Source: Octopus sinensis
Taxonomy: Eukaryota
NCBI RefSeq assembly: GCF_006345805.1
Contig: NC_043000.1
Coordinates: 27,466,001-27,530,000 of the forward strand
DNA length: 64,000 nt
Reading direction: 5' to 3'
The translations under genes and the position numbers were made by a program. The notes under the pieces were generated by a model. It had not been told where the DNA came from and made no database searches. It was given only the letters and a program-made list of their open reading frames with translations. Shown here one piece after another: positions 11,106 through 24,869 of the stretch. The first letter of the stretch is position 1, and each line of letters starts with the position of its first letter.

Positions 11106-13064
11106 TATATTTCCCTTTCTTCTAAATTTCTCTTTTGAGACCGTTTATTTTATGATCTGATTAATTTCAAATGCTTTTTCCGTTCTTAATTTCGTTTTCC
11201 CACTCTATTCATAAAATTAATAAAGCCAAAAATCATCTATAATTAATGTATATACTGCATGATGTTGTATATGCTTTATTGAGGAGGTCCAATACTATGG
11301 GGACAAGTCCAGAGTTGTCACCATACAGAATAACAACAGATTAATTTCTCATTGAATTTAATTTAATTACAGCTCTTATGAAATTTCTAGCTAGCTTTCC
11401 AATATTTTACAAATACAGTAAATTTAATCAACTAAAATATATTACCTCCTATATACCTACAACTACATGACTCTTGTATATACTGTTTTAAGTTCGTTAC
11501 ATTGATTTTTGTGTCCTTTTCCATTCGATTTCCAACCTTTGCATTCTTTTGTTTTCCTTTGATTTTGCCGTTGCTAAATGATTATTAATTTTATCTTTCA
11601 AATATTCTGTCTTTAAATTCATAATTATTATTGCAAAATTAAGCACAAATGCTAAATTTTGAAAATGAAGCATTTTCAAAATGCTTAAATTTGAAAAAAA
11701 AACTGTGATACTGTATGTCTTTCAATCAGATTCCAAAGCACATTATCAAGTGTGTTGCTCTGTTTTTAAATTGATAGCGTGCACGTCAAAGGAAATTTGG
11801 TTTTTATTTCTAGATCCGCTTTCGATGGGTAATAATACATATGTAATAAGTACCCAATGGAAAATTACAATGTTATTCTCCCGCTGCCCATTACTGTTAT
11901 TTTAGAATGTTATCGGATATTCCATTAATTACTTTGAGAATGTTTAGTAATATCGCAGATGTAAATATATAATATGAATGTCATTTTGTAAAAGCTTGTG
12001 TTTGTCTGACATTTTGCTGGTAATCTAAATGCAGGAGAATTTTAAAGGATTGTTTTTCGTTTCAAGAGCAATTACATTGCATATATTTTAATAAAATACA
12101 ACAGGAAAGAAAATGATTGAATGAATTATGTTGGAATATGTAAGTAAAAAATGCTTCATGTAATCCTTATATATAAGGATACAGAACATCAAGAAATTTG
12201 ATTTCTATAGCTAAAAATCGATATAAAGTTTTGCTTAATCATAAAAGCGTCCATATAACTATATTTCTTGGAGGGACATTTTAAATGGTGTGTTCAGCCA
12301 AGTATATTGTTAAGATATCAATCTAGGCATTACATAATTTGCTTCAGTGTTTATGTTTCAAATATGAAATCTTTCAAATTACTTAAGTATGAAGCTCCAC
12401 AAAAACATGAGTATTAGCTCTAAAACGATATCATAAATGTACATAGCAGATATAGACACTGAGGTTAATGTTTCTGATATACATGAATTAATCATAAACT
12501 GGCAATGTCAAATGGAACAAATGTGTACGATATTCATCCGGATAAAATATCAATGAAATACCAAAGTTAAACAGAAACATAAAACATACCAAGACACAAT
12601 AATGATTCAAACGATGATTATATCAAAAGGACTAACCGTATTGTTCGGGGGCGATATATATTACAGTCCCAAACAATTACTAACCTTTCGTGTAGCTGAA
12701 CAGAAACCCAGAATGAGACACCGTTCCTACAGCTGATGCTGTTTTTCTACTACGCAGGAAGATGATGTATGCTAAACCTCTAAAATAACCAAATAACTGC
12801 AGCGAAGTCGGTTCACCCACACAAAACTCTGGTCCACAAATATGCAGATCCTTCTGCCTATCATTTATACGTATTATACTGTGAACACTGCTTGAGCTTC
12901 CGTTGATCTCATCCAGGCAAACGTAACTTCTTTCTTTCTATTTTGTCTTTTACTGAACACTAAAGTGGTTGATATGAGAACATAATATTGTATTACTTAT
13001 TAATATTATATACACAGACGCATACTCACACGTACACACACACATCTATAAATGTATGTATGTG

Positions 13065-13107
<43 letters not shown>

Positions 13108-13259
13108 GCGCACCCGCAGACCTTCACGCACGCACACACCCACACACATTCCTTGTCCTTACCATACTGTCTTGAAACTCTCCTGTCTCTAAAAAACTTG
13201 ATTCGTCTACCTTTCAACTTCCGTTCTTTCAACATGTGACCTCGTGAGCACCGCCAGCA

Positions 13260-13440
13260 AGTTTTTTTCTCTGTCGTCTCTTCTCAGTATCTTTCCTTCT
13301 CCTTTGTTTCCGACGAAGAGCTCCGCTCGAAACGTTAAACCCTCCTTCTTCCCTTCTTTCCTGAGCGTCCAATAATCCTTTGTTTGTTCCACGTCCTCGC
13401 GTTGCTGTGTTTTTTGTGTTTTCTTGTTTGGATTAACTAT
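13260..13440 (+). mobile_element. Hammerhead-bearing PLE-derived short repeat ending in (TA)n
   Basis: Same family as 56940-57115 and 62712-62822 (shared 'ttccacgtcctcgcgttg...gtgttttttgtg...tgga..aact'). Confidence 0.7.
13306..13340 (+). ncRNA. Minimal type I hammerhead motif
   Basis: gttt-CCGACGA-a-gagc(tcc)gctc-GAAA-cg-TT-aaac; palindromic stem III aacgtt. Confidence 0.6.
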
Positions 13441-13459
13441 ATATATATATATATATATA

Positions 13460-13522
<63 letters not shown>

Positions 13523-13569
13523 GATAGATAGATAGAAATATCTCGATTTTTTTAAATTGCCAGATCTTT

Positions 13570-14625
13570 CGTCTACAAAGTTTTTAAGGAGTTAGAGACT
13601 GAAGATGAACACGTATCACCAGCATCGGAGCATTGTAAACGCTCTGAAATCATCAGAACACTTGAATCTAATCATCATGTTCAACAGACCTTGATTACTC
13701 TCCTAGAAAATGCATAAGGCCAATTGCAAATGATCTCCCTGTGTCAGAAGGAACAGTCAGAAATATTGTTCACGAAGACATCAGATATAAATTTTATATG
13801 CTGAGGAAAGGTTAATTTGTCGGAAAAGGCATAAGAAAATCACTACATCAGATCTAAAAGGATCTTGAAGAAACTGAAAAATCCAGCAGAAGAATTGATT
13901 TTCTTTTCGCAAACAAGAAAGCCTTCAAATAAGATCAAACATTTAACAGAAGAGATGACAGATGGTTATGCGCAGATTCTTTTGAAGTTCCAAGTGTTAT
14001 GCATGCAATATTTCCTGTAACTGTCATGGTTTTATGGGTTGTCGTCAATGAAAGACATGTGATACTTCCTTACTTCTTACCACAAGGCCTTGGAATTAAA
14101 TCTGCCACATACATTGATGTTCTGGAGACAATTATTAAGCCCTGGATAGATAGTGTCTGCAATGGAAGCCCAAGTGTTTCAGTAAGACTCGGTACTATCA
14201 CACATGGCTCTAGTAACACAGGAATGGTTGGCTGAAAATTTTTATGTTCACATAACCTCTAACATTTGGCCTCATTACTCCCCAGATCTCAAACCACTGG
14301 ATTATTATATGTGGAGCGTTGTTGGGAGAGAGAGAGGTCAATAAAAACGCCCATAACACCAAAGGTTCTTTGAAAGCTGCCATAGTCCGAATGATGCCCA
14401 AAATGAACCAGAACCACTTGATTCGAGCATGTAAATGATTTAGTTCACATATAGAAGTAGTTGTTGAAGCTGAACGTGGCTTTATTGAATAACATTATAG
14501 AAAAGAACGTTTACTTTTATCCTAATAGCATTTTTTGATAAATAAAGTTATCTGTTATTTAATATCTGCTTTTTTACTATAATACTATAAACATAAATCT
14601 GTCCTCAAATATTTTACGAACCCTG
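13570..14625 (+). mobile_element. Tc1/mariner (maT-like) transposon relic with right TIR
   Basis: Peptides FPVTVMVLWVVVNERHVILPYFLPQGL...YIDVLETIIKPWI and WPHYSPDLKPLDYY; ends 'gaaccctg|TA'. Confidence 0.85.
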
Positions 14626-14647
14626 TAACGATTTTGATCATCTATTC

Positions 14648-14724
14648 GCTTTATACTGTGATATGTAAGCGTATTGTTGCTATAATTAATTGCAACAATA
14701 CCCTTACATGTCACATTATAAAGC
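14648..14724. other. Isolated 33-bp stem / 11-nt loop hairpin
   Basis: 14648-14680 pairs with 14692-14724 with 2 mismatches and 1 G-U wobble. Confidence 0.85.
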
Positions 14725-15939
14725 AGATATGGTTGGTGTTTGAGCAAATTTTTGCTGTGGGGCTATCCAAAATATAGTATATAAATTTGTATATAGTTGT
14801 ATCCAGTGTCTAAATCATTGATTACTTTTAAAATAGAAACGGTATGTTGGGGAAATCCATTTCGATTGTTTTCACTTGGTAGTTCTTTGTGGCGAAATCG
14901 TTATATTTTGTAGAGCTGAAAAAAAAACCAATTTATTTATTAATTTAACCTCTTCAGGACCATTGACCCCTCTTCGTTTAAGTGGACAGCTTACAACTTC
15001 TCTTTGGTGATATGATGACGATTTTCGAAATTTCACTGTTTATCTGTTCATTAATTTTATGCTATTTCACCGTTCAGTTGTATCCAATTCCCTCAACAAT
15101 ACTTTAGTAGAACACCTCAATTAACATTATCTAATTTTCCTTTTGCTCTATTGGATTTTTTCACTGTTTTAGCCAAGAATGTAAGAATCAATCTGTATTC
15201 TTTAATTTTTATTATCCCGCTAAAACTACACTTTTCCATTATGCCTCAGTAAATCGGCATCTCGATTGGCTATTTAGACAATACATTTCGACTCGTTTAT
15301 TGATTGTTATTTATACGATACATATGAAGAACCATGTAGCAATTAGCAATTTTCGTGTATACTTCATTGTATTTAAGAATCTTTAATTGACTTTAATTAT
15401 CCTCTTTCATTTTTTTCCTTGCCCCAAGTTAATTTACACCATTACCAACAATATCCTTCAGGAGTTAGGAATTGACTTAAATATCTCTTGATCGTAGAAA
15501 TAAGAATCCACTTATCGTCAAGGTAATTTAACATGAGCGTAACAACTTTCTTCAAGCATTAATTACAGGTATATCTTCCAGTTTGGGAGAGTGACAACAT
15601 TTTTACGTTCTGATACTATTTTCCTATATTGTGTGAATATACCTCAGTTACTTTCATTTGCTTATTGAACTTGCTTTCTTCAAATGAATGTTACACACTT
15701 TGCTCATGGCTCTGACAAGTATTTTTAACGTTTTCATATAGAATTCAGCTCTAAAAATATGCCAGATACGTAAGGTGTTTCATTAAGAGCCTATTTGGGT
15801 TGTTGACGGAGACTATTAATACCTTATTTGTATTGAGGTTTCACACACAGTTACTGATTGCTATGTATTTTTTCTTATTAAGATAGTAATTTATGTTTCA
15901 TTTCTCTTTTCCCTTTTCCGCCCTTTTCAAGCCTAGCCA

Positions 15940-16219
15940 GGCTCATGGGCCCGGTTTCCCGGTTTCTATGGCGTATGCGTTCCCCGCAGCTAGACGGGAC
16001 GCCAGTCCATCGCAGCATTACCCAAGAAACAGGAAGAAGGAGCGAGAGAATGTTGGGGCGAAAGTGTACAACAGAGATCGTCACCACCCCCTCCTGGAGC
16101 GTCGCGGAGCTTTAGGTGTTTTCGCTCAATAAACATACAAAATTCCCGGTCTGGGAATCGAAACCGCGATCCTCCGACCGGGAGTTCGCTACCCTAACCA
16201 CTAGGCCATTGCGCCTCCA
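15940..16219 (-). mobile_element. SINE family C (tRNA-like head)
   Basis: Minus strand 'tggaggcgcaatggcctagtggttaggg...ggtttcgattcccagaccggg'; homologous to 27860-28204 and 55530-55914. Confidence 0.85.
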
Positions 16220-16340
16220 TTTATCCTTCATACTAAAAGATATTTGAAATGTTCCCAATGAAAACGTAAGCACTCAGTACTTTGCCGCCACTACCTTTCA
16301 GTTGTTCAACATATCTATGGTAAAAAATATTGAAAGATAT

Positions 16341-16515
16341 AGGCGCAGGAATGGTTGCGTGGTACGTAGCTTGCTTACTAACAACATGGCTCCGGGTTCA
16401 GTCCCACTGCGTGGTACATTGGACAAGTGTCTTCTACTATAATCTCGGGCCGGCCAAAGCCTTGTGAGTGGATTTGGTAGGTGGAAACTGAAAGAAACCC
16501 GTCGTATATATATAT

Positions 16516-16556
<41 letters not shown>

Positions 16557-16780
16557 CGTGTGTGTGTGTGTGTGTGTTTGTGTGTCTGTGTTTGTCCCCA
16601 TCCCACCATCGCTTGACAACTGATGGTGTTGCATTTACGTCCCCAAAACGTAGCAGTTCGGGCAAAACAGACCAATAGAATTAGTACTAGACTTACAAGG
16701 AATAAGTCCTGGGGTCGATTTGTTCGACTAAAGACGGTTCTCCAGCATGACTGAAGTCAAATGGCTAAAACAAATAAGAG
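16341..16780 (+). mobile_element. SINE family A, full bipartite copy
   Basis: tRNA-like head, central (TA)/(CA)/(TG) block, and 3' half. Confidence 0.9.
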
Positions 16781-17942
16781 TGCAAGAGGTGTCTTCCGCA
16801 TAAAAGTCGAAGGCAGACTATGCATCTCAGACGAAATATAATTCCTTTTTGACAATAAAACTCGTAAACTTTAGATTTTGCTGACGTTGCTGTCATTGAT
16901 AATTAACTTCAGATCAATTCTGAACTGACTTATTCTGATTCGTTCCTCAATTATTTATGCGTCTATTGGCCTACATTAACTACATTGCGTGTCCTATAAA
17001 TGATGATGGTCTCAACTTGCTGGACGACACAGCGGCAATTTCTTCCATGTAGTGCAATTAAATAGATCTCTGTTGTTGACTCTCCCTCGTCGTTTAGGGT
17101 CAGTATCTCCTCTTCAGCTCCTATTAGTTGCTGAGGCTCTATAAAGCTTACCTATGATCCTCGTTAGATTATTGATCACATATATTAAATTCCACACTTA
17201 CACAGACACTCACACGCGCGAACATGCACACACGTACGCACATACAACCACACACAGATATACACAGTGAGCGGCACACTGATAAAACACGCTAGATGGC
17301 TTCTCGATAAATATTCATTCATCAACACAGTAAAGGATTACCTCACAGGACACACCGTTTCTCGACAATTTCTGTTGCAGCTACAGAGACGATGAATCTT
17401 ATTTGCTGTAAATTAAATTGCATGTTCATATGACAACACTTAATTTTTTGGCTCCACTCCATACATAGTTTTATTTAGCCCGAGTGTTCTATTCCACGGA
17501 AGGCGCGTAGCCGAATGCTTCGGGTATTCAACTCATTGTTGTAATACCGCAGTATCAAGTTTTGGATTGATTGGTGTGTTGTAATCTTTAGTATGGCATT
17601 ATATTTCAAGTTGCCCTTACTCCTGTTTAGACAGCCCCACTGAAAGGCACCCCAATACTGATTGGTACAGGTCTTTCTCCCGTGAGCTGTTTCATCCTAG
17701 ATATTCAATTGAGTGAATAGTGAGAAAGCCGATATGCTGCACATATAGTTCGCGACTATTTATAGGAACCAAGAACAATTGGCGAAAGCTTACCAAACCA
17801 TGCATTCAAGTGATAACTGGTTGTGTTCTCATAGGTCATTTCGCTACCTTGCACTAAGCAATTTATTCCGTTCATTTCTCCCCAGTTTCGTTACCATTTG
17901 TGCCACACCATATTTCCCTACATATACACCAATGTATAGAAA

Positions 17943-18338
17943 ACTAGCAGTATCGCCTGTCGTTGCTCGGAATTGGTTCGACCATTTAGAATTGGAATTT
18001 TTGAAAAGTAAAAGTTTTGAATTATGTAGCTTGTTATTTCTTTAAGTGAACATTTTTCCGGTTGAAATACACCGAAAAATGGCGACACAGTAGTAAAAAA
18101 TCGTAAAAAATAGGGATTTTCATAGAAAAAAAGCACCACTTTGATGTAAATAATTTTCGGTGTTAACAAGGTCTAATTTGAATTTTGTCTTTTACGGAAG
18201 GAAGAGCAAACCTTCTTCTATCATACTCTCCATTTTGCTCAACTTGCGCCGCAGGGTCTCGGTGTAGATAGTGTTAGTTGAAGGCTACCAAACCTGCCAT
18301 ACACAGACAACTTCAACTTTATATATATAGAGAGAGAT
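17943..18338 (+). mobile_element. Non-autonomous Helentron/HINE (DINE-1/Lep1-like) element
   Basis: Starts ACTAGCAGTATCGCC...GCTCGG (subterminal IR) and ends 'acagacaacttcaactttatatatatagagagagat'; second copy at 63837-64000. Confidence 0.6.
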
Positions 18339-20354
18339 TAAGCTACACGTCAACTGCGTCTAATTCACAAATGTGAGCCAGCTTGTAAAAAAAAAAATGC
18401 TAATACGCCTTTGTATGAGGATGCAATAAAGAGAATGCTTAGGTAAGAATATACATGGAATATAAATTACAATATTTATGTATCTTATTCATTGTATTTT
18501 TTACTGAAGAACTTAATTTTCATGGTTTTACTCTTTGAAGTTAATTTGAGATCTTCGACCAATATTCGCTTGTACCAGTTGTGCAAAGTGATCGCACGTC
18601 CTTTATTCCAAGAACAATATTTATCATGCAGAACAATGATCAAAGGGAATCTATGCGAGGTCTTACTGTCTTATTTTACACATCGAGGATTACAAAGGAT
18701 TACGATACATCAGCTTTGAAGATAGCATGATGCAGTCTAAGGCAGAGCTTGCGTTTATATATAACAGGTAAAATGGCAACTTTCCTTCGCCTCCGATAGA
18801 ATAGTTGCATTGTAGGCTATTTGGTAGGTGATGGGGTGTTAGTGCTGTTAATTATGTAGGAGAAAAGGGTCAGCAATAACATTTTACATGTTCAATACCT
18901 GCTAGACTAATGGTAGGATGTTATCTATAATGTAGAGACCAAACTGGAATTCTTGCTACAGACCTAACTCATCTAAATGTGATGTGGCCGACGGTTTAAG
19001 TCTACCGCCAAAGTGCTACGAGCACACACAGCCACAGTAAATATAATAGGGCTCTAAATATTCATCGGCCTAGGCCGGTACCATATTTTATCAATTGCGA
19101 AAGGATGAAATGCAAAGTTGGCCAAAGCGTGGTTTGAAATCTATGCGTAGAGATCCAACGCTATGACATGTGTTTAAATCCAATTGCATCGGCCAGTTCA
19201 CCGCATAGTAGTTCTGATGTTTCACGATTGATATCTGTGTTTCCTATTATTAGTGGTTTTATTATAAATAACAGTACTTATAATATGAAATATTATCTAT
19301 TAGAAAATATTTCCAAGTTCATGCAGTCTGATGCCTTTCAGTAAGATCTTAAGTGTTTGGTTGTTATAGCTATTACATTACCTCACGTGTTCGTACACTG
19401 TTACACGATGTGAAATTTATGCCATGTTTACGCAGAGAGTGTTAACTCAATATTGGTTTCCAAGTTGGATTCACTTTCTAGGATAATTCTAGCTTTCGGG
19501 TATATTTTGTCTATTCGTTTTAGCAGATTATATTTAATGCTCTTCGATGACTAGCAAATAAATCTATGCTCACAGCTAAAGTTCCTTTAAAATGTATCCA
19601 CTCAGTATGACTCAATGAAAATGCTTTCTGTATATTATCATTAGAAAAGACGACAGCATTATAGAATGAAATAAAGTGCTATAATTCTATAATGGTTTCC
19701 GACTGTGACTTTCGCTTATTTATTATAATATTATACGATTGACTGACTTTTACATTCGTACAGCAATTTCCTGCTTACGGCTATAGGTAAATGATGTAGT
19801 GTCAAACATGAGATTGAGATATGATGCACCACTGATACAACCTAGTAGGAAATTACTGTATCGTTTTGTTATATTAGACTTTAGATATCAGGAAAATGCA
19901 CTGACAAAATAAACAATTCTTTCAATGGTTGGATTATTGCTATTTCAGCAAAATAAGCGGTAAGATATGAAGACAGGGGCACGTCTTGACTCATGGTTAC
20001 AAATTACACACAGAGTAATTAAACAGCATAGTAAAGTTTCTTGATTATTAAAATCCATTCCTTAGTTGCTACTAAAGATATCTTTACTTTATAAAATCTA
20101 TCTTGATAACTTGACATTAACAAAATTGAAGATATGAAGTTCATGAACCAGTTTTAAGAAGCTGATGAATTGAGAAACCATATATTTTGTTAGCAACTTA
20201 CGTTTTCGATAAACGGTTATAGATTCAACAGTATATTATATATTGCCGATAGAAGTAATTTTGCTTTAAAATCATCTATACATTGTTAATATCTGTTTTA
20301 GACAATTTGGGATAAAGTCCTTCGCCTTATCTAGCGTTACCGATGTAGACTAGT

Positions 20355-20806
20355 GTTTAATATATTGGTTCAATACATGAGAGCTGTAGAATTATTAATT
20401 TCCTGACTTATAAGTATTTTTTCTCCACCCATCGTAGTGATGAAGAATATGAACTTTACTGAGTGATACACAGAAGTAATACAATTATATTTGGTATAAG
20501 TGTGGTTAACTAGTAAGAAATGTAGAAGAGATCCCAGCAGTCTCATGCTCATATCTCACGTGTAGAAACAACCCAATGACTACGCTTTTGTTGGGGCACT
20601 GTTGTTACCACCGGCATCGTTATAAGAACGAAGGCCTGTAATTGGTTTTGGTGAATGATACAGTTTAATGCCATAGCCATCATTTGTGTCATATGTAGTG
20701 AGGTAAGGTCATATGAGATCTTTGACAGTAGAATAACCATGTATACTTTGAGTATATCTGAAGCTAATACTTGCACGACACTCATTATTGAGCCAATATA
20801 TTAAAC
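20355..20806. mobile_element. MITE-like segment bounded by 21-bp inverted repeats
   Basis: gtttaatatattggttcaata (20355-20375) vs reverse complement of 20786-20806, 1 mismatch; no clear TSD. Confidence 0.45.
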
Positions 20807-21061
20807 CGTCAAAATCTTCGTAGTCTATATGTCTAAAGCTAGATAAGGAGAAGAACTTCATCACAACTCATTAGCGTCAACTTCAGAGATTGCAATAGTG
20901 ATCTATCGCAAAGTTTCTACCTCATTCCATACATACATACATACATACATACATACATACATACATACATACATACATACATACATACATACATACATAC
21001 ATGCGTACATGCTTACATGCATGCGTACATGCCTGCAACCATACAATCCTATACATGCGTA

Positions 21062-21117
<56 letters not shown>

Positions 21118-22256
21118 CAAGGTGACTGGAAAGTAACTCCCTATTTTAAAAACTAATAATTTATTTATTAACCATCATTTTTAGAAAAGATGAATATGTG
21201 AAGAAAGCGTATAGTATGGAGTTTTATTTAAAATACGATATAGGCCCCAGCATTCTCCCACCACCAGCTTTGTCTAGCCGCCCGGCAACCACCTCAACTG
21301 ATTTCATCACAAACTCTTGTCAGATGGAAGACGTAACATCTCGTGTTCGCTTTTCCAGTTCTTTCATAGTCGTTGATTTGGTAGAGTAGACTTGCTTCTT
21401 TAACCAGCCCCATAAGAAAAAAGTCGCAGGGTTTTAAATCAGGGCTTTTGGTCGGCCAATCATGCGGACCTCCACGATCCATCCATTTCGAAGTGAAGTA
21501 GGCATTCAGCCATACGCGAACAACAATAGAAAAATGTGGAGGAGCGCTATCTTGCATACAAATCAAATCTTCAATATTCTCCCAAGTAATTGTAAGTGGC
21601 CACATTTCATCTTGCAGCATGGTGAGGTACCTTTCAGCATTCATGGTATTACAAAGTATGAAGGCGGCGAGCCGACAGAAACGTTAGCACGCCGGGCGAA
21701 ATGCTTAGCGGTATTTCGTCTGCTGGTACGTGCTGAGTTCAAATTCCACCGAGTTCGATTTTGCCTTTCATCCTTTCGGGGTCGATTAAATAAATACCAG
21801 TAACGCACTGGTATATAATCGACTTAATCCGTTTGTCTGTCCTTGTTTCTCCCCTCTGTGTTTAGCCCCTTGTGTGTAGTAAAGAAATAGATATTACAAA
21901 GTATAAAAGGACCCACGATCTTGTTCGAAGTCATTCCACGCCTTAGAACAATTCTGCATTTTCCAGACGTAATGCCAGCATATTCTCCTGTCCAGTAGTG
22001 GCAGCTGTGGCGGTTCACAAACCCAGCGAATTGAAATACCGCTTCATCACACACCAGAGGATATTTTTAAAGAGAAGAGACCATTTTTGTGGGGCTTCTA
22101 AAACTCAAACAAAATAATCAATCTGGAGACAACCAGCAGTATAGAATCAATTTTCCATACATTAAAGAACATACACAACAAATTTGAGAAAAAATTATTC
22201 TTAATATTTTAAATTATTAGTATTTTAAATTAGGGAATTAATTTTCAATCACCTTG
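21118..22256 (-). mobile_element. Tc1/mariner transposon relic with both TIRs and TA TSD
   Basis: TA|caaggtgactggaaagtaactcccta ... tagggaattaattttcaatcaccttg|TA; peptides CDEAVFQFAGFVNRHSCHYW, MQDSAPPH and WPTKSPDLKPCDFFL. Confidence 0.92.
21660..21891 (+). mobile_element. SINE family B inserted into the transposase, 13-bp TSD
   Basis: tattacaaagtat at 21647-21659 and 21892-21904. Confidence 0.92.
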
Positions 22257-22853
22257 TATATATATATGTGTATATATATGTGCTCAAACTTAGAGTGAAG
22301 CAGGTTGAATTCAAGCTAGGTATGTCTCCTAGGTTGCAGATCCTCTGATGTAATAATTACTCAACGAGAGATAATCAGCTACATACCCATCAGACCAAAA
22401 ATACCTTAATTATATGAAAGTTTCTATGAAAGCCTAATAATATAAAAGATACATTGTCGTTAATGAATGCCACGGTAAGGTGCCAACGATATAATCGATT
22501 CCGTTTTCTATCATTACATGAGAGGATTCGCTAGCTAGGAAATATATTTAGCCCGGATTTTACCTGCTCTACTTCCTCAATTTGTATTCTTATTCGTATT
22601 CATAGCAACTGCAGTTGCCAGCTGTGAGCTTTAAGCAAAACAGTTTTCAGGTTATTGAACTTCGATATGGGAAAAGCCTACAACCGTCGAGGCCAATAAA
22701 TCATTATTGTTCATGAACGTTGTATTTTAAATCTACCACGGGTTGCTTGAAGCTTACAAATTTTCTACACTAAGATCTTTGGATTTTATAATTACAGATG
22801 GATATATATATATATATATATAAATATATATTATATCGCTCTATTACTATCTT

Positions 22854-22920
<67 letters not shown>

Positions 22921-22924
22921 ACAA

Positions 22925-24860
22925 GCACACACGACTGCAAACATTGCAAACCAAGCTTTCCCCATGCAATACAATAGCAATGCGCTTTCCAGGAACACAC
23001 TTAAATGCTTCGAGAATATGTGCTCTCTCTGGTCCTCTGTCTGTGGTGATGACAGTCAGTTTCCTGCATATCACAGGCCTTTAATGAAGAAATGACACAG
23101 TCCTTAAATCGCAGCCTTGGTTTCTGGTGTGATCTCTTTCCATTAATACGTTCTCCATATAGCATCAGTTTAAGGATCCTGCGATCCTTCATTCTAATAA
23201 GGCGTCCAACATAACTGGTGCTTCTGCACCATTGCCTCAATACTCAAGACAACAGATTTCCCCAGGACCTGTGTGTCTGGAGTTTCTCTGCTGAAGGCGT
23301 TCAAGGTCCCTTACATGACCTTAGTAAGGATCTATGTGCCACATGAGTAAAGGAGCAATGTCAGTACACATGCACGGTACACAACAATTTTTGTTTGCTG
23401 TGTGATTCCACGCTGGGACCAAACACGAGACTGAAGATCCTGGAAGGCATCAGTTGGTCTCTGCAGCCTGAAAGATATTTCCTCATCCAGGGAGCAATGT
23501 CTAAGTGTGCTGCCCAAGTACCACTTTCAGTATTGTTCCTTCAACGACGAGAGCTGGTTCCACATATGGATTTCCTGATTCAGGTTGGAACATTACAACA
23601 GTCTTGTCCAGGCTAATACTGAGTCCAAATGCCTTGCAAGAAACAGAAATACGATTCATAAGTATTTGCATGTCATCCACTGTATGAGTAACTAAATCAC
23701 AATCATCTGCATAAAGGAAGTCACGAATAAGAGACTTGAAAACTTTTGATTGGCATCAAATCACCGCAGATTAAAGAGGCTGCCAGAAGATCGATAACTG
23801 ACATATATTTTCAGAATGCTAACCTTTTGCAGGCATGAGTAAAATCAGCAGCAAAGTAAAAGTAAAGAGATTTGGGGCAAGGATGTCACCCGCCTAGATA
23901 CCATTATCTACAGGAATGGGTCTCGCCATGCCACCACCAAAATTGACCCAACCCTCTATCATAAAATGAGATGATTTTATTGTAGATACAAAGTGATCGG
24001 ACATCCAAGTTTGCCAAGTATTTTCCATAGCAAGGCCCTATTCACAGTATCAAAGGCTTTCGTTAAATCGATGAATCCCTGGACCAAGACCCATATTCTG
24101 CTCGTAGCACTTCTACTGCATCTGTCTTGCTGTGAATGTCATATCCATTCTCACTATGCAAGATCGGAAGCCACATTGAGATTCAGATAGGACATCATTC
24201 TGGCGGGTAAGAAGAATATTTGCCAGAACCTTGCCAGCAACTGTCAGTGGAGCAATAACTCTGTAGTTACCACACGTTATTCTGGCTTCCTTTTCCTTTA
24301 CAGAGAGGAAGAATAATTGCATCCTTCCAGTCCTTACGCATTGCACCATCCCTCCAAACTACACTAATAAGTTCACCAAATCGCAAGACCTCAGCACAAA
24401 TTCAATCTCTTCTAGGTGCCCTACCAAGATTCAATTTACTTGTTGCTGTCATTACCTCATGTATTCAGGGCGTGGAATTTTAGGAACCAATGATAGGTCT
24501 TTGTTGCATAGTGTCAATCACTGTTTCATCCACAACTGACTCATGGCTTAGAAGTTCAGAGAAGTGTTCAATCCAGCGACCAGTGATTTCTGTTGATTTA
24601 GTAGAGTAGAGGACTACTTGGGAATCAAAAGAGCTGATGCAAAGGTCTTGGGCACATAAGCTCTTGCTTCCTAAGATGGTAAAGCTTCTTGCTGTAATTT
24701 TCATCAGCAGCAGCCTGAATATCACGAGCAGTATCACGAGCAGGATCTACCCACCAAGTGTACTGCATCTTCCTGAGAGATCGCTGCAGTAATGGTTTTA
24801 CACTGCTATAATGGGCAAGTACTAGATTTCGCTGCACGGACTGAGAGTCTTCTGTGCAGC
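22925..24860 (-). mobile_element. RTE-clade LINE fragment (linker plus RT to C-terminus), decayed
   Basis: Peptides RWIEHFSELL, CGNYRVIAPLTVAGKVLANILL...SESQCGFRS, GSTLRHCSLDEEISFRL...TKIVVYRACVLTLLLYSC and KPRLRFKDCVISSLK. Confidence 0.92.
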
Positions 24861-24869
24861 AATGCATTG

